Of a stretch of 20,000 bases of DNA, positions 1 to 7,692 are shown in pieces. How positions within the stretch are numbered: position 1 is the first letter of the stretch; each line of letters opens with the position of its first letter. The notes below the pieces were generated by a model that saw only the letters and a list, made by a program, of their open reading frames with translations, did not search any database and was not told the DNA's origin. The DNA comes from an uncultured virus (IMG/VR IMGVR_UViG_3300006204_000270) (lineage: Duplodnaviria; Heunggongvirae; Uroviricota; Caudoviricetes), in IMG/VR virus record IMGVR_UViG_3300006204_000270. One strand, 5' to 3'. The translations under genes and the position numbers were made by a program.

Positions 1-164
1 TTTACCAGATTGCGCAGGCCCCGCAGGTCGCTTGGCGGTGAAATCCAGTCCGCCGCCGCGTAGACCTCCTGCTCTGTAACCTGCTGGGAGGTGTCCGCTT
101 TCTCGACGGGGGCCTGCTGCCATTTGATAATCCGCGCCCGTATCCCTCTTTTGGAATTAGCCAC
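1..164 (-). CDS. Portal protein, N-terminal part (runs off window)
   Basis: Manually translated from GTG at 164: MANSKRGIRARIIKWQQAPVEKADTSQQVTEQEVYAAADWISPPSDLRGLRNLV, open to window edge; overlaps terL stop; WIxPPxDLxGL resembles PBSX-type portal N-termini; position after terL. Confidence 0.7.
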   Translation of the reverse strand, partial: MANSKRGIRARIIKWQQAPVEKADTSQQVTEQEVYAAADWISPPSDLRGLRNLV

Positions 165-1563
165 TCTTTTTCACCCCTCTCTTTTTCGGTGGCTTGACTG
201 GCAAGCAAAGCAGCAGCACACAGTCCGCCTCGTCCGGGGAGGGCTGCCCTCTTTTCTTCACCGCGTCCTTGCTCTCAATCTTGATTTTGCTGGCCTCTGT
301 CAGCCCGTACTTTCGCCCGGAAAGCTGGGCCACGAGGTCGTCGTCGTCCGGGAGTATCAGCTCCACGGGCTTTCTGTTGCCCTCCTCGTCGTAGGGCTGT
401 AAAAGGTTCTTCACCACGGACATCATGTAGGTAGTGCTGTCGTGGTAGTATTTGTGTTTTATCCTCTGGCCGAACTTCACGGGGTAAATCTCAAGCCACC
501 AGAAACGCTCCGGGTCGCCTCGCTTGACCTGCCGGAGGCGGTCTACTACGCCGCCGCCCACGCCGCCGTCGTCCACCTTGACGGGAATGGGGGTCGTGAG
601 CTTGTACCTCTGCGCCAGCTCCTCCCCAAGCAGGATAATGTCGTCCGCCGTTTTCATGGTGTCCTGCCCCTGCCGCTTGCGGTAGAACGTGACCTTTTCG
701 TCCACCTTGTAGCCTATCACCGTCTTGTCGTCTCCAAATCGGGCCACGTCGCACCCGATATGCACCATAAGCGGGTTTTTCCGGGGAGAAAACTCTGTCA
801 TAATGGAGTTTTCGACGAGCGAAAGAGGTATAAAAATATCGTCCTCTTGGAGCGGGAACTCCCCAGCGACACGCACTCGGAACACGTCGCTGTCCTCCCC
901 GTACATTCGGGCGATAGTGTCTACGAAGTCCTGCGATACCCGGCTGCTGTTCCTGCCGTCGATGTGGAACGTCGAGTAGCTGGCCCTGTTTTTGTTATGG
1001 CTGTCGTAGAAAAAGCCGGAAAGCTGCGTCGGGTTCCCGCACATCAGGAGCCGCGCCCCCGGCGTAGAGAGCGAGCCGAGTACAGGCTCGAATATGTTGT
1101 CCTCTACGCCGCTGGCCTCGTCGATGATGTATAGGACGTGTTCTGCGTGAAAGCCCTGTAGCGCGTCCGGCTTGCTGGCCGTCCGCGCTACTGCAAACCA
1201 CTCCTCTGGGTAGCCCCGCATATAGACCTTTTCCTTTGTCCAGATAAGCTCATTCGATAGGGCCGAGTTGTGCCTTATCCACTTGCTGACCTCTGCCCAT
1301 AGAATGTCAAATAGCTGGTGCTGCGTCGGGGCCGTGCAGGGTATCTTGGGGAATGGGCGCGTCAGCATAAACCAGATAACCGCCCACGCCTCCACCGTGC
1401 TTTTCCCTACGCCGTGGCCGCTCCTCACGCTTGTCATGGTGTTTGCCTCCAAGCTACGGAGTATCTTTGCCTGCTCCGGGTCTGGCGTGGCCCCGATAAC
1501 GTCCTGCACAAATTCGACGGGGTGGCTGTTGTAAAACAGAATAGCCCGCTCTAAATCACTCAC
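157..1563 (-). CDS. terL: Terminase large subunit
   Basis: Walker A VRSGHGVGKS, Walker B YIIDEASG, coupling motif GNP, RNase H-like nuclease GCDVARFGDD and SPDEAD; start reassigned to GTG 1563 (RBS GGGAGG), overlapping terS end. Confidence 0.95.
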   Translation of the reverse strand: MSDLERAILFYNSHPVEFVQDVIGATPDPEQAKILRSLEANTMTSVRSGHGVGKSTVEAWAVIWFMLTRPFPKIPCTAPTQHQLFDILWAEVSKWIRHNSALSNELIWTKEKVYMRGYPEEWFAVARTASKPDALQGFHAEHVLYIIDEASGVEDNIFEPVLGSLSTPGARLLMCGNPTQLSGFFYDSHNKNRASYSTFHIDGRNSSRVSQDFVDTIARMYGEDSDVFRVRVAGEFPLQEDDIFIPLSLVENSIMTEFSPRKNPLMVHIGCDVARFGDDKTVIGYKVDEKVTFYRKRQGQDTMKTADDIILLGEELAQRYKLTTPIPVKVDDGGVGGGVVDRLRQVKRGDPERFWWLEIYPVKFGQRIKHKYYHDSTTYMMSVVKNLLQPYDEEGNRKPVELILPDDDDLVAQLSGRKYGLTEASKIKIESKDAVKKRGQPSPDEADCVLLLCLPVKPPKKRGVKKSG

Positions 1564-2050
1564 CGCCGTCGCCCTCCCTCTTTTGGAATACGGATATGAT
1601 CGCGTTCGCAAACTGGGCCGGGCCGCCGCCCGCGCCCTTTTCGGCCTCCTCCTCAAGCGTCCTGTTGAGCCGTTCAAGGTCGGTCGCCATCTTGATATAC
1701 TCCTTGATGTCTTTGGGGGTCATGTCCTCGACTGACAGGCTCGATAGGGCCTCAAGAGCTTTCTTTTGGAGCTGCATGGCTATCCCGATATGGCGCTCTG
1801 TCATGGCTTTGCGGTCGGCCACAACCTTTTTCCGGGCCTCCCGCTCAAGGTCGTTTTCGTAGGCCCTGACGCGCTCCTGCCATCCTTTGTCCCGGCTCCA
1901 ACGCTGAATAAGCGACGCACTCTTGCCCAACTTTTGCGCAACCGCTCTTGTACTCCGCTCCGCGCCCATGCTGAGATAGGTAGAAAAAGCCTCATACGCT
2001 TGTGCGCTCTCGCCCTTTTGACGCTCCCACGGCTTGTCAGTCTTTGGCAT
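1556..2050 (-). CDS. terS: Terminase small subunit
   Basis: N-terminal HTH (PWERQKGESAQAYEAF...STRAVAQKLGKSASLIQRWS...W.ER), helical oligomerisation region, directly upstream of terL; RBS GAGGAGG. Confidence 0.85.
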   Translation of the reverse strand: MPKTDKPWERQKGESAQAYEAFSTYLSMGAERSTRAVAQKLGKSASLIQRWSRDKGWQERVRAYENDLEREARKKVVADRKAMTERHIGIAMQLQKKALEALSSLSVEDMTPKDIKEYIKMATDLERLNRTLEEEAEKGAGGGPAQFANAIISVFQKREGDGGE

Positions 2051-2065
2051 ATCCTCCTCTCCTTT

Positions 2066-2911
2066 TTATCGTTCTCGCGGCTCCGCCCCAACAATCCAAA
2101 AGAGAGCATTGTCTGTGTTGAGACCCTGCTCCAACAGGTATTTCATGGTCTTTGCCTCATACTGCGGGTGGAGCTTTAGCCCTCCTATACGCATTTTCTG
2201 CTGCTTTTCGTAGACAAAGCCCGGCGTATGGAAAAGGTCGTGGTAAATGAACTCCCGGCCTGCGCCGTATCGCTGGATAGTCGCCCGCACCTTTTCCCTG
2301 CGGTCGAACGCCGTGGATATGAGGTGAATGTTCTTCACTTTCTTCCCATATTTTTCCACACCGATAATCACGCCGCTGGCGGTTATCCCGCTCCCGCAGG
2401 TGATATAAAGGTCGTCGAGGTCGTCCGGGATATTCTGCACCTGTTCCGATACGGCACTCAAAAGCACCTCCCCGTAGTCGTCGAGGTTTATCCCGTACTG
2501 GACGAGGAACATTCCGCTCCGGGCCGCCAGCGCCTCCGCCTTTGCCTTGAGGACGTTGTGCCTGCCGCTTTTGGCTATCACTTCCACTCTGGCCCCGTAG
2601 CTCATGGCGAGCCGGGGCATAGCGCCTGTGGCGATTGCGTAGTCGCTGGCCCCCCCGTATGCCACAATGCAGGGTAGCCGATAGTGCCGGGCTGCTGCTG
2701 CCGTTATCGGCCCTTGCGGGGAGTGGATAGAGCAGTAGGTGATTATCCCCGTGGCCTCTGGTCTCCGCCGCAGTGCCGCCTCCACCAGTAGCATACACTG
2801 GCGCAGTTTCCCGCCGTTCACTCCTCCGGCCCCGAACGGGGCATATAGGTCGTCCCGCTTAAAGCGCATTCCGGCGATCTCCTGCACGGGGGTCAGGTCG
2901 TGGGCGTTCAT
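2066..2911 (-). CDS. PLP-dependent enzyme, fold type II (ACC deaminase/D-cysteine desulfhydrase-like)
   Basis: KRDDL...NGGKLRQ (PLP lysine motif), phosphate loop TCGSGITASG, LHPQYEAK matching the family LDPVYTGK motif; ATGA overlap with the radical SAM gene. Confidence 0.85.
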   Translation of the reverse strand: MNAHDLTPVQEIAGMRFKRDDLYAPFGAGGVNGGKLRQCMLLVEAALRRRPEATGIITYCSIHSPQGPITAAAARHYRLPCIVAYGGASDYAIATGAMPRLAMSYGARVEVIAKSGRHNVLKAKAEALAARSGMFLVQYGINLDDYGEVLLSAVSEQVQNIPDDLDDLYITCGSGITASGVIIGVEKYGKKVKNIHLISTAFDRREKVRATIQRYGAGREFIYHDLFHTPGFVYEKQQKMRIGGLKLHPQYEAKTMKYLLEQGLNTDNALFWIVGAEPRER

Positions 2912-3927
2912 TCCTCTGCCCCGAAAAGGCGCTTGTAGTATTCGGTCTTGCCTGCAAGCTCCTCCTGCATGAGGCCGTAGAAAGACTGGCCGTTGATTTT
3001 CTTGTTGATACCCGCTACCTGATTGAGGCTCTGGAAACAGCCGCCCGTCCCCACCTGTTTCATCAGCTCTGTCGGCTCCGGGCTTTTGCCGTTCACGAGC
3101 ATACAGAGGTTGTAGTCGTTCCCCTTAAAGCCCTCAAGCCCGTCTATCCCGCAGCACGTCATGCTGTCGCCCATTGGCCGCAGGCGGTTCTCCCCGGCGT
3201 AGAATTTCAGCCCGTGCCTGTGGCACTCCGCCCTGATGGCCTCGAAGTGTGGCCGCAGGACGCTCAATGGGTAGCAATGGTCGCCGCCGATTTTCACCAT
3301 GCCCTTTTTCCCCTTGTAGAATTTCATGCCCTCGACCACTACGCCGTAAACGCCTGCCGCCGCCAGCCGGGGGATATTCGCCATAACGTCTCTGAAAACC
3401 TCCGGCATATAGGGCTGTACCCGTACGATTACCCTCTGCACTCTGTGGGCGAGGGTTTCCACCATTTTCAGCCGCTCCTCGTAGGGCGGTGTCCCCGGTT
3501 CCAGCGGGTCGTACTTGCTGCATACCATGCTGATCTGCACGACGCAGTTGCTCTTTTCCAGCAGGTCGAGGTATTCCGGGTCTACGACGAGCCTGCCCTT
3601 TGTGCTGACGACGAATGGGTAGCGCGTCTCCGCCAGCAGCTTTAAGCACTCGTAGCTGGCCCGGATATTCTTCTCGATGGGCTGGAACGGGTCGCTCATG
3701 CCGCCCCAGTGAATGGGGATATTCCAGTCGCACCACGCCGTCTCCCGGCCCCGCTTGCCCTCGATGAACGAGCGCAGGGCCTCGACGCTCTCGTCCCGCT
3801 GTATCTTGGCAATGTTCTGTTTCTTCTGGGCGAAACAGTATTTGCACCCGTGGCTGCACCCCTTGTAGGTGTCAAAGCGCACGGGGAGGTTGCAGAGAAT
3901 GACCTGCGAGCCGCATTTGCACCCCAT
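2908..3927 (-). CDS. Radical SAM enzyme (spore photoproduct lyase-like clade)
   Basis: CxxxCxxC motif GCSHGCKYC preceded by DTYKG; GGMSDPFQPIE, STKG, LEPGTP..EERL, IVRVQP resemble SPL-like radical SAM proteins; extra Cys at N- and C-termini. Confidence 0.9.
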   Translation of the reverse strand: MGCKCGSQVILCNLPVRFDTYKGCSHGCKYCFAQKKQNIAKIQRDESVEALRSFIEGKRGRETAWCDWNIPIHWGGMSDPFQPIEKNIRASYECLKLLAETRYPFVVSTKGRLVVDPEYLDLLEKSNCVVQISMVCSKYDPLEPGTPPYEERLKMVETLAHRVQRVIVRVQPYMPEVFRDVMANIPRLAAAGVYGVVVEGMKFYKGKKGMVKIGGDHCYPLSVLRPHFEAIRAECHRHGLKFYAGENRLRPMGDSMTCCGIDGLEGFKGNDYNLCMLVNGKSPEPTELMKQVGTGGCFQSLNQVAGINKKINGQSFYGLMQEELAGKTEYYKRLFGAEE

Positions 3928-4497
3928 TTAGATTTCCCCCTTTACTTTCTGCATGATTACCTCGACAAGGGCCTCTTTGCCGTAGTCCTTGACGTAGGCT
4001 TTCAGCTCCTCTTGGTCTGCCTTGTCGAATTTGAGGCTGACGTTGAATAGCTCCTCGATGGCCCGCAGCTCCTCGTCCACGGTGTCGCCGTCGATAAGGC
4101 TGTCGATGTCGTTGGTGAGGCTGTCTATCTCCGCCTGCGTAAAGCCCGTGAGCGGCGCGTCGTCGCCCAGCTCCGCCAGCAGCAGGCCCAGCTTTTCCTC
4201 GTCCCAGCCGCCCTCGATTTTGTTGAGGGCCACGTTGAGCTGCCGCTCCTGCGTCTCGTCGAGGTCTACCACCGACACGTCCGCCTCTGCCTCCCCCTCG
4301 TTTTCGAGGACGGTGAGCCTCTGGTGGCCGCCGACTACCCTGTTGGTCTGCTTGTTCCAGACCACCGGGATAATCATGCCGTAGGTGAGAATGCTCCGGC
4401 GCAGGTTCTCGTACTCTGTGTCGCCGGGGATAAGGTCTATCCGGGGGTTGTATGCGGCCCTGTCCATGTCCGCGATTTTCTTCCGCACGATCTCCAC
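3928..4497 (-). CDS. ParB/Srx N-terminal domain protein (paralog 2)
   Basis: YNPR, LRRSI..YG...PVVWN, VVGGHQRL, LNVALNKIEGGWD; GTG start abuts upstream stop. Confidence 0.9.
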   Translation of the reverse strand: MEIVRKKIADMDRAAYNPRIDLIPGDTEYENLRRSILTYGMIIPVVWNKQTNRVVGGHQRLTVLENEGEAEADVSVVDLDETQERQLNVALNKIEGGWDEEKLGLLLAELGDDAPLTGFTQAEIDSLTNDIDSLIDGDTVDEELRAIEELFNVSLKFDKADQEELKAYVKDYGKEALVEVIMQKVKGEI

Positions 4498-5088
4498 TCA
4501 AATAACCCCCTTTACCCGGTTGATAATCGCCGTCGCCAGCTCCGTCTTTGCGTTCTCTGTCTGCTGGATATACTGCTCCACCGTCTCCCGCGCTCCCGCC
4601 GGGAGGCTGAATGTCATGGTGAATGTGTCGCGCTCTTTGCTGTCGCTGTAGCCGGAGAAGTCCTCCTCCATCAGGTCTTTGATGTGGTCGTACTGCATGA
4701 GGAGGCTTTGCAGCTCCCAATCCTCAAACCCCGTTACCTCCATCTCCCCGGCCTCGTCGAGCTGCTGCAAAAGGTCTGCCAGCTTGCCGATGTCCCAGCG
4801 GCCCTTAACCTTGTTCAGCAGGACGTTGAGGATTTTCTCGTCCTTTTCGTCGAGGTCTACGACGACGGCCTCGATGTCCTCCGCGCCCTTTTCCAGCAGC
4901 ACCTTGAGCCGCTGGTGGCCGCCCACGACGTTCCCGGTGCGCTCGTTCCAGATGATAGGTTCGATGTAGCCGAACGTCTCAATGCTCCGGCGGAGTTTCT
5001 GGTACTCCGCGTCCTCCGGCTGCAAGTCCCGCCGGGGATTGTAGGGGGCCGCCCTCAGTTGCGCCGCCTTTAGCGTCCGTATTTCCAT
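4498..5088 (-). CDS. ParB/Srx N-terminal domain protein (paralog 1)
   Basis: YNPR, LRRSIETFGYIEPIIWN, VVGGHQRL, LNKVKGRWD; RBS AAGGAG; first gene after the late promoter. Confidence 0.9.
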   Translation of the reverse strand: MEIRTLKAAQLRAAPYNPRRDLQPEDAEYQKLRRSIETFGYIEPIIWNERTGNVVGGHQRLKVLLEKGAEDIEAVVVDLDEKDEKILNVLLNKVKGRWDIGKLADLLQQLDEAGEMEVTGFEDWELQSLLMQYDHIKDLMEEDFSGYSDSKERDTFTMTFSLPAGARETVEQYIQQTENAKTELATAIINRVKGVI

Positions 5089-5131
5089 ATTTCCTCTCCT
5101 TTCTGTCCCTTTCCGCGTCGGAAATCCCCGT

Positions 5132-5170
5132 AAAAAATCGCCGCCCGATGGAAATTCCCATTAGGCGGCG
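5132..5170 (-). terminator. Intrinsic terminator/attenuator in late-operon leader
   Basis: Minus strand CGCCGCCTAATGG-GAATTT-CCATCGGGCGGCG followed by ATTTTTT. Confidence 0.7.
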
Positions 5171-5197
5171 TTTTCGCTCCGTGATTTTACAGGTTAC

Positions 5198-5254
5198 AGT
5201 ATAGCACATTTCATAGTGTCCTGTAAATGCCCGGTTTGTGCCTTTGCCTGTGTC
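5198..5254 (-). promoter_or_regulatory. Putative late promoter with upstream short repeats
   Basis: Extended -10 TGCTATACT (TATACT 5198-5203), weak -35 TTTACA (5222-5227, 18-nt spacer), three GGCA repeats at 5228-5248, right after the regulator stop. Confidence 0.6.
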
Positions 5255-5933
5255 ACGGGTTTTCAATGCCGCCTACCCCAAAAAACAGGGCCGTCAAATC
5301 CGCCACACATACGTCTATGTCCTTGTATACCGTGCGTTTGTCGATATGTTCTCTCTGGGCGATTGCCTCCGCCGTGGTATAGCTGTCTGCGAGGTAAAGC
5401 CCCTCCAACACGCGCCAGTGCCTTGCGTCGTCTGGCCTGCTCGACCGCTCGCACATGATTTTGTAGCAGTCCAGCATTTTGTTCACATGGGTCATTATGA
5501 TTTTGGTGGTGGCGTAGCTTTTCTGAATGCTCTCGACGATGATCTCCTCGTCTGCCACCCGGCCCATGCTCCGCATGATGTCCCCGAAATCCTCGTCCGC
5601 CTCCTCTGCGGCCTCTGTGCTGAACACGGCGTTCTCGTAGTAGGCGTTGAGCCGCCTGTAATTCCGTAGGAGGAGTTTGGTGTTGTGGTATTTCCAGTCA
5701 TACTGCTGCTGCCGGATTTTCTTGCGCTCCCGCTCCGCCGCTTTCACCGCTGCTGCGGCCCCGGTTTCCGCTCCGATTTTGCTGCCAACCTCCGCCCCTA
5801 TTTTTATTCCTATGGGCAGGGCGAGGTTTATGGCGGCCTGTATCTTCTCGTCCATGCCCCTTATCCCGGCCTCATGCGCCGCCGCGACCGCCGCCTCAAT
5901 CAATGCCTGTATGTCCAGCTCGCTTTCGTTCAT
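5253..5933 (-). CDS. Phage late transcriptional regulator (ArpU/RinA-like position, C-terminal HTH)
   Basis: YHNTKLLLRNYR N-terminal motif and sigma-4-like HTH TAEAIAQREHIDKRTVYKDI; last gene before the packaging operon; start reassigned to ATG 5933 (RBS AAGGAGG). Confidence 0.75.
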   Translation of the reverse strand: MNESELDIQALIEAAVAAAHEAGIRGMDEKIQAAINLALPIGIKIGAEVGSKIGAETGAAAAVKAAERERKKIRQQQYDWKYHNTKLLLRNYRRLNAYYENAVFSTEAAEEADEDFGDIMRSMGRVADEEIIVESIQKSYATTKIIMTHVNKMLDCYKIMCERSSRPDDARHWRVLEGLYLADSYTTAEAIAQREHIDKRTVYKDIDVCVADLTALFFGVGGIENP

Positions 5934-5986
5934 AGAGATAACTCCCTCCTTTGTTGCTTGGTATGGGAGTTGCCTCCCGCCCTGCC

Positions 5987-6130
5987 TCAAGGCCAGTCCC
6001 AATAGTCTGTGTCGTCCTCGTGCTCCCGCCACTCCGGGTCGTTTTTCATCTTGTCGATAGCGTTCACCCACGGTATTGCTATCGCTACCGCAATGGCCGT
6101 GGATAGCACTATCGCCACAACTATGCCCAC
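5987..6130 (-). CDS. Small single-pass membrane protein (47 aa; absent from ORF track)
   Basis: GTG 6130 after GAGGAGG: MGIVVAIVLSTAIAVAIAIPWVNAIDKMKNDPEWREHEDDTDYWDWP; fills the gap between recU and the regulator. Confidence 0.6.
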   Translation of the reverse strand: MGIVVAIVLSTAIAVAIAIPWVNAIDKMKNDPEWREHEDDTDYWDWP

Positions 6131-6149
6131 ACCGCCGCCCTCCTCTCCT

Positions 6150-6662
6150 CTACAAGAAATGGAGAGTGCCGCCTATGTACCTGACCTTGTACTCCTGCAC
6201 GTCCTCTAGGGTGATGTATTTCCTGCCGTAATGGTCTTTCATATCCCGGAAAACCTGCCACGGGATTTTGAAAAACTGCCGAAATCCAAACGACACCATC
6301 ACAAAGCAGTCCGCGCCCAGCGCCATATGGCGGTCGAGCTGCTTTTCCTGCTCCTCGCTTACGACGCTGCGCTGTAGCCTGTTGCTGTCCGTGTGCTTTG
6401 CCTCGAATACGACGGCCCGGCCCCCGGCCAGCGTCCCCTTGTAGTCCGGCTGGGCCTGCTTGGTGTAGCAGGCGAGGAATTGCCCTTTGGCGTTCTTCGG
6501 GCCGATGGGTTTCATCGGCTCCGGGGTCTTGGTGATCTCCGCCGCCCCCTTGAGGCGGTAGTGGCGGCAGGAGGCCTCAAGTAGCTCCTCCCACGCGCCG
6601 CCCGCCGCCCGGCTCCGCCTGCCTGTCATAACCGCCTTGAGGTGCTGCTCCCTGTTCGTCAT
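6150..6662 (-). CDS. recU: Holliday junction resolvase RecU
   Basis: G..WEELLE, ITKTPEP, PDYKG, VVFEAKHT, EQEKQL PD-(D/E)xK motifs of phage RecU. Confidence 0.9.
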   Translation of the reverse strand: MTNREQHLKAVMTGRRSRAAGGAWEELLEASCRHYRLKGAAEITKTPEPMKPIGPKNAKGQFLACYTKQAQPDYKGTLAGGRAVVFEAKHTDSNRLQRSVVSEEQEKQLDRHMALGADCFVMVSFGFRQFFKIPWQVFRDMKDHYGRKYITLEDVQEYKVRYIGGTLHFL

Positions 6663-6961
6663 GCCAGCCCCATTTCTGCGGCGAGCTGGGCCACCTTGTA
6701 GGCAATGCCGCTCTTAATGCCCTTGCATTTGCCCTCTGCAAGAGCCGTGAGGAGCGCCTGTACCGCCGAGGTGTTCCCGATAGGGCCAGCCGCCTCCGCG
6801 CCAGCCTGCGCCACGCTGGGGACGCTGGCGGCCATTTCCGGCTCTGCCGCCCGGTGGAACTGCTCGACGAGCTGCCTGTCCGTCATTCTCCGCAGCCGCA
6901 CAGCCTCCTCGTGAATGGCCTGCTCCGCCGGGGTGCGCCTACAGTTTTTCTTTTTACTCAT
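6659..6961 (-). CDS. Hypothetical phage protein
   Basis: 100-aa ORF, RBS GGAGG, overlaps both neighbours. Confidence 0.7.
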   Translation of the reverse strand: MSKKKNCRRTPAEQAIHEEAVRLRRMTDRQLVEQFHRAAEPEMAASVPSVAQAGAEAAGPIGNTSAVQALLTALAEGKCKGIKSGIAYKVAQLAAEMGLA

Positions 6962-7322
6962 GGTCGTCTCCCTCCAAAATCTTCTTTACTGCTTGGAGTT
7001 GTTCGAGGGTGTAGCGGTCGATATTCTCCCGGCTCATTGCCATTCGCAACAATATTTTCAGCTCCTCTCGTTCGAGGTATTCGCAAACCGCCTTGCTCGA
7101 TGGAAACAAAAGCCGGGGCGCTCCGTACTCTGTGTGTTCGACGAGGTAGGGCCTGCTCAAGGAAGTCTCTTTGAACTGACTGCCCCAATTCCCGCTGATG
7201 GTGACATACTTCCTTCCAACTTTCACAACCTCTGCTTCCGTCGTGCCGTATTTGTCTCTCCGGGTGCAACCGTCCCCCATAACGAAAACGGTCTGGCCGA
7301 CCTTGAAATTCTTAATTGTCAT
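6954..7322 (-). CDS. Hypothetical phage protein (SH3-like beta-barrel N-terminus)
   Basis: Start reassigned to ATG 7322 (RBS GAGGAGG); FKVGQTVFV...VVKVGRKYVTI. Confidence 0.7.
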   Translation of the reverse strand: MTIKNFKVGQTVFVMGDGCTRRDKYGTTEAEVVKVGRKYVTISGNWGSQFKETSLSRPYLVEHTEYGAPRLLFPSSKAVCEYLEREELKILLRMAMSRENIDRYTLEQLQAVKKILEGDDHE

Positions 7323-7332
7323 GGCAACCTCC

Positions 7333-7692
7333 TCAGTATTCCACCCGGCGGAGAATGCTCTCCGGCAAGCTGGGGAACATAGTGCAGAGGAAACTGTACT
7401 GCTCCTCCGGCTCCATGCCCTCCGCATAGTCAAGTATGCCGTCCAGCATGGCCGGGGCCAGTGTGCAGTTGTCGCCGGGGACGTTGTAGTTATCGTAAAT
7501 CCACTGCCGGAACTCGTCTTTGCTCATGATCTGCTCCTTTTCCTTGCTCTCTACCGCTTGCAGGATTTTGACCGCCTCCCGCAAGACCTCTGCGTCGTGA
7601 ACGAAAATGCTGTCCGGGTCGTCTTTCTCGATGAAACTCTCCCGGTCTAAAATAAGCTCGTTCAGCCCGTCGATAATCTCCTTGAGCGTCAT
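7333..7692 (-). CDS. Hypothetical phage protein (possible two-ORF fusion)
   Basis: ATG 7692 overlaps DUF5131 stop (ATGA); internal RBS AAGGAG plus in-frame ATG at 7527. Confidence 0.65.
   Translation of the reverse strand: MTLKEIIDGLNELILDRESFIEKDDPDSIFVHDAEVLREAVKILQAVESKEKEQIMSKDEFRQWIYDNYNVPGDNCTLAPAMLDGILDYAEGMEPEEQYSFLCTMFPSLPESILRRVEY

Noticed and set aside
1564..1677. Upstream ORF-track starts for terL and similarly for 6071, 7433, 7824, 8669, 12344, 12544, 12797, 13753
   Set aside because: They overlap upstream genes extensively; downstream starts have RBSs and stop-start coupling
2066..2911. PLP enzyme as a metabolic ACC deaminase (auxiliary metabolic gene)
   Set aside because: Divergent motifs (IHSPQ instead of the family QSNH-type motif) and coupling to radical SAM, ParB and terminase argue against a simple metabolic label
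3928..5088. ParABS partition system
   Set aside because: No ParA, no central parS-binding HTH, no parS palindromes seen; late-operon location
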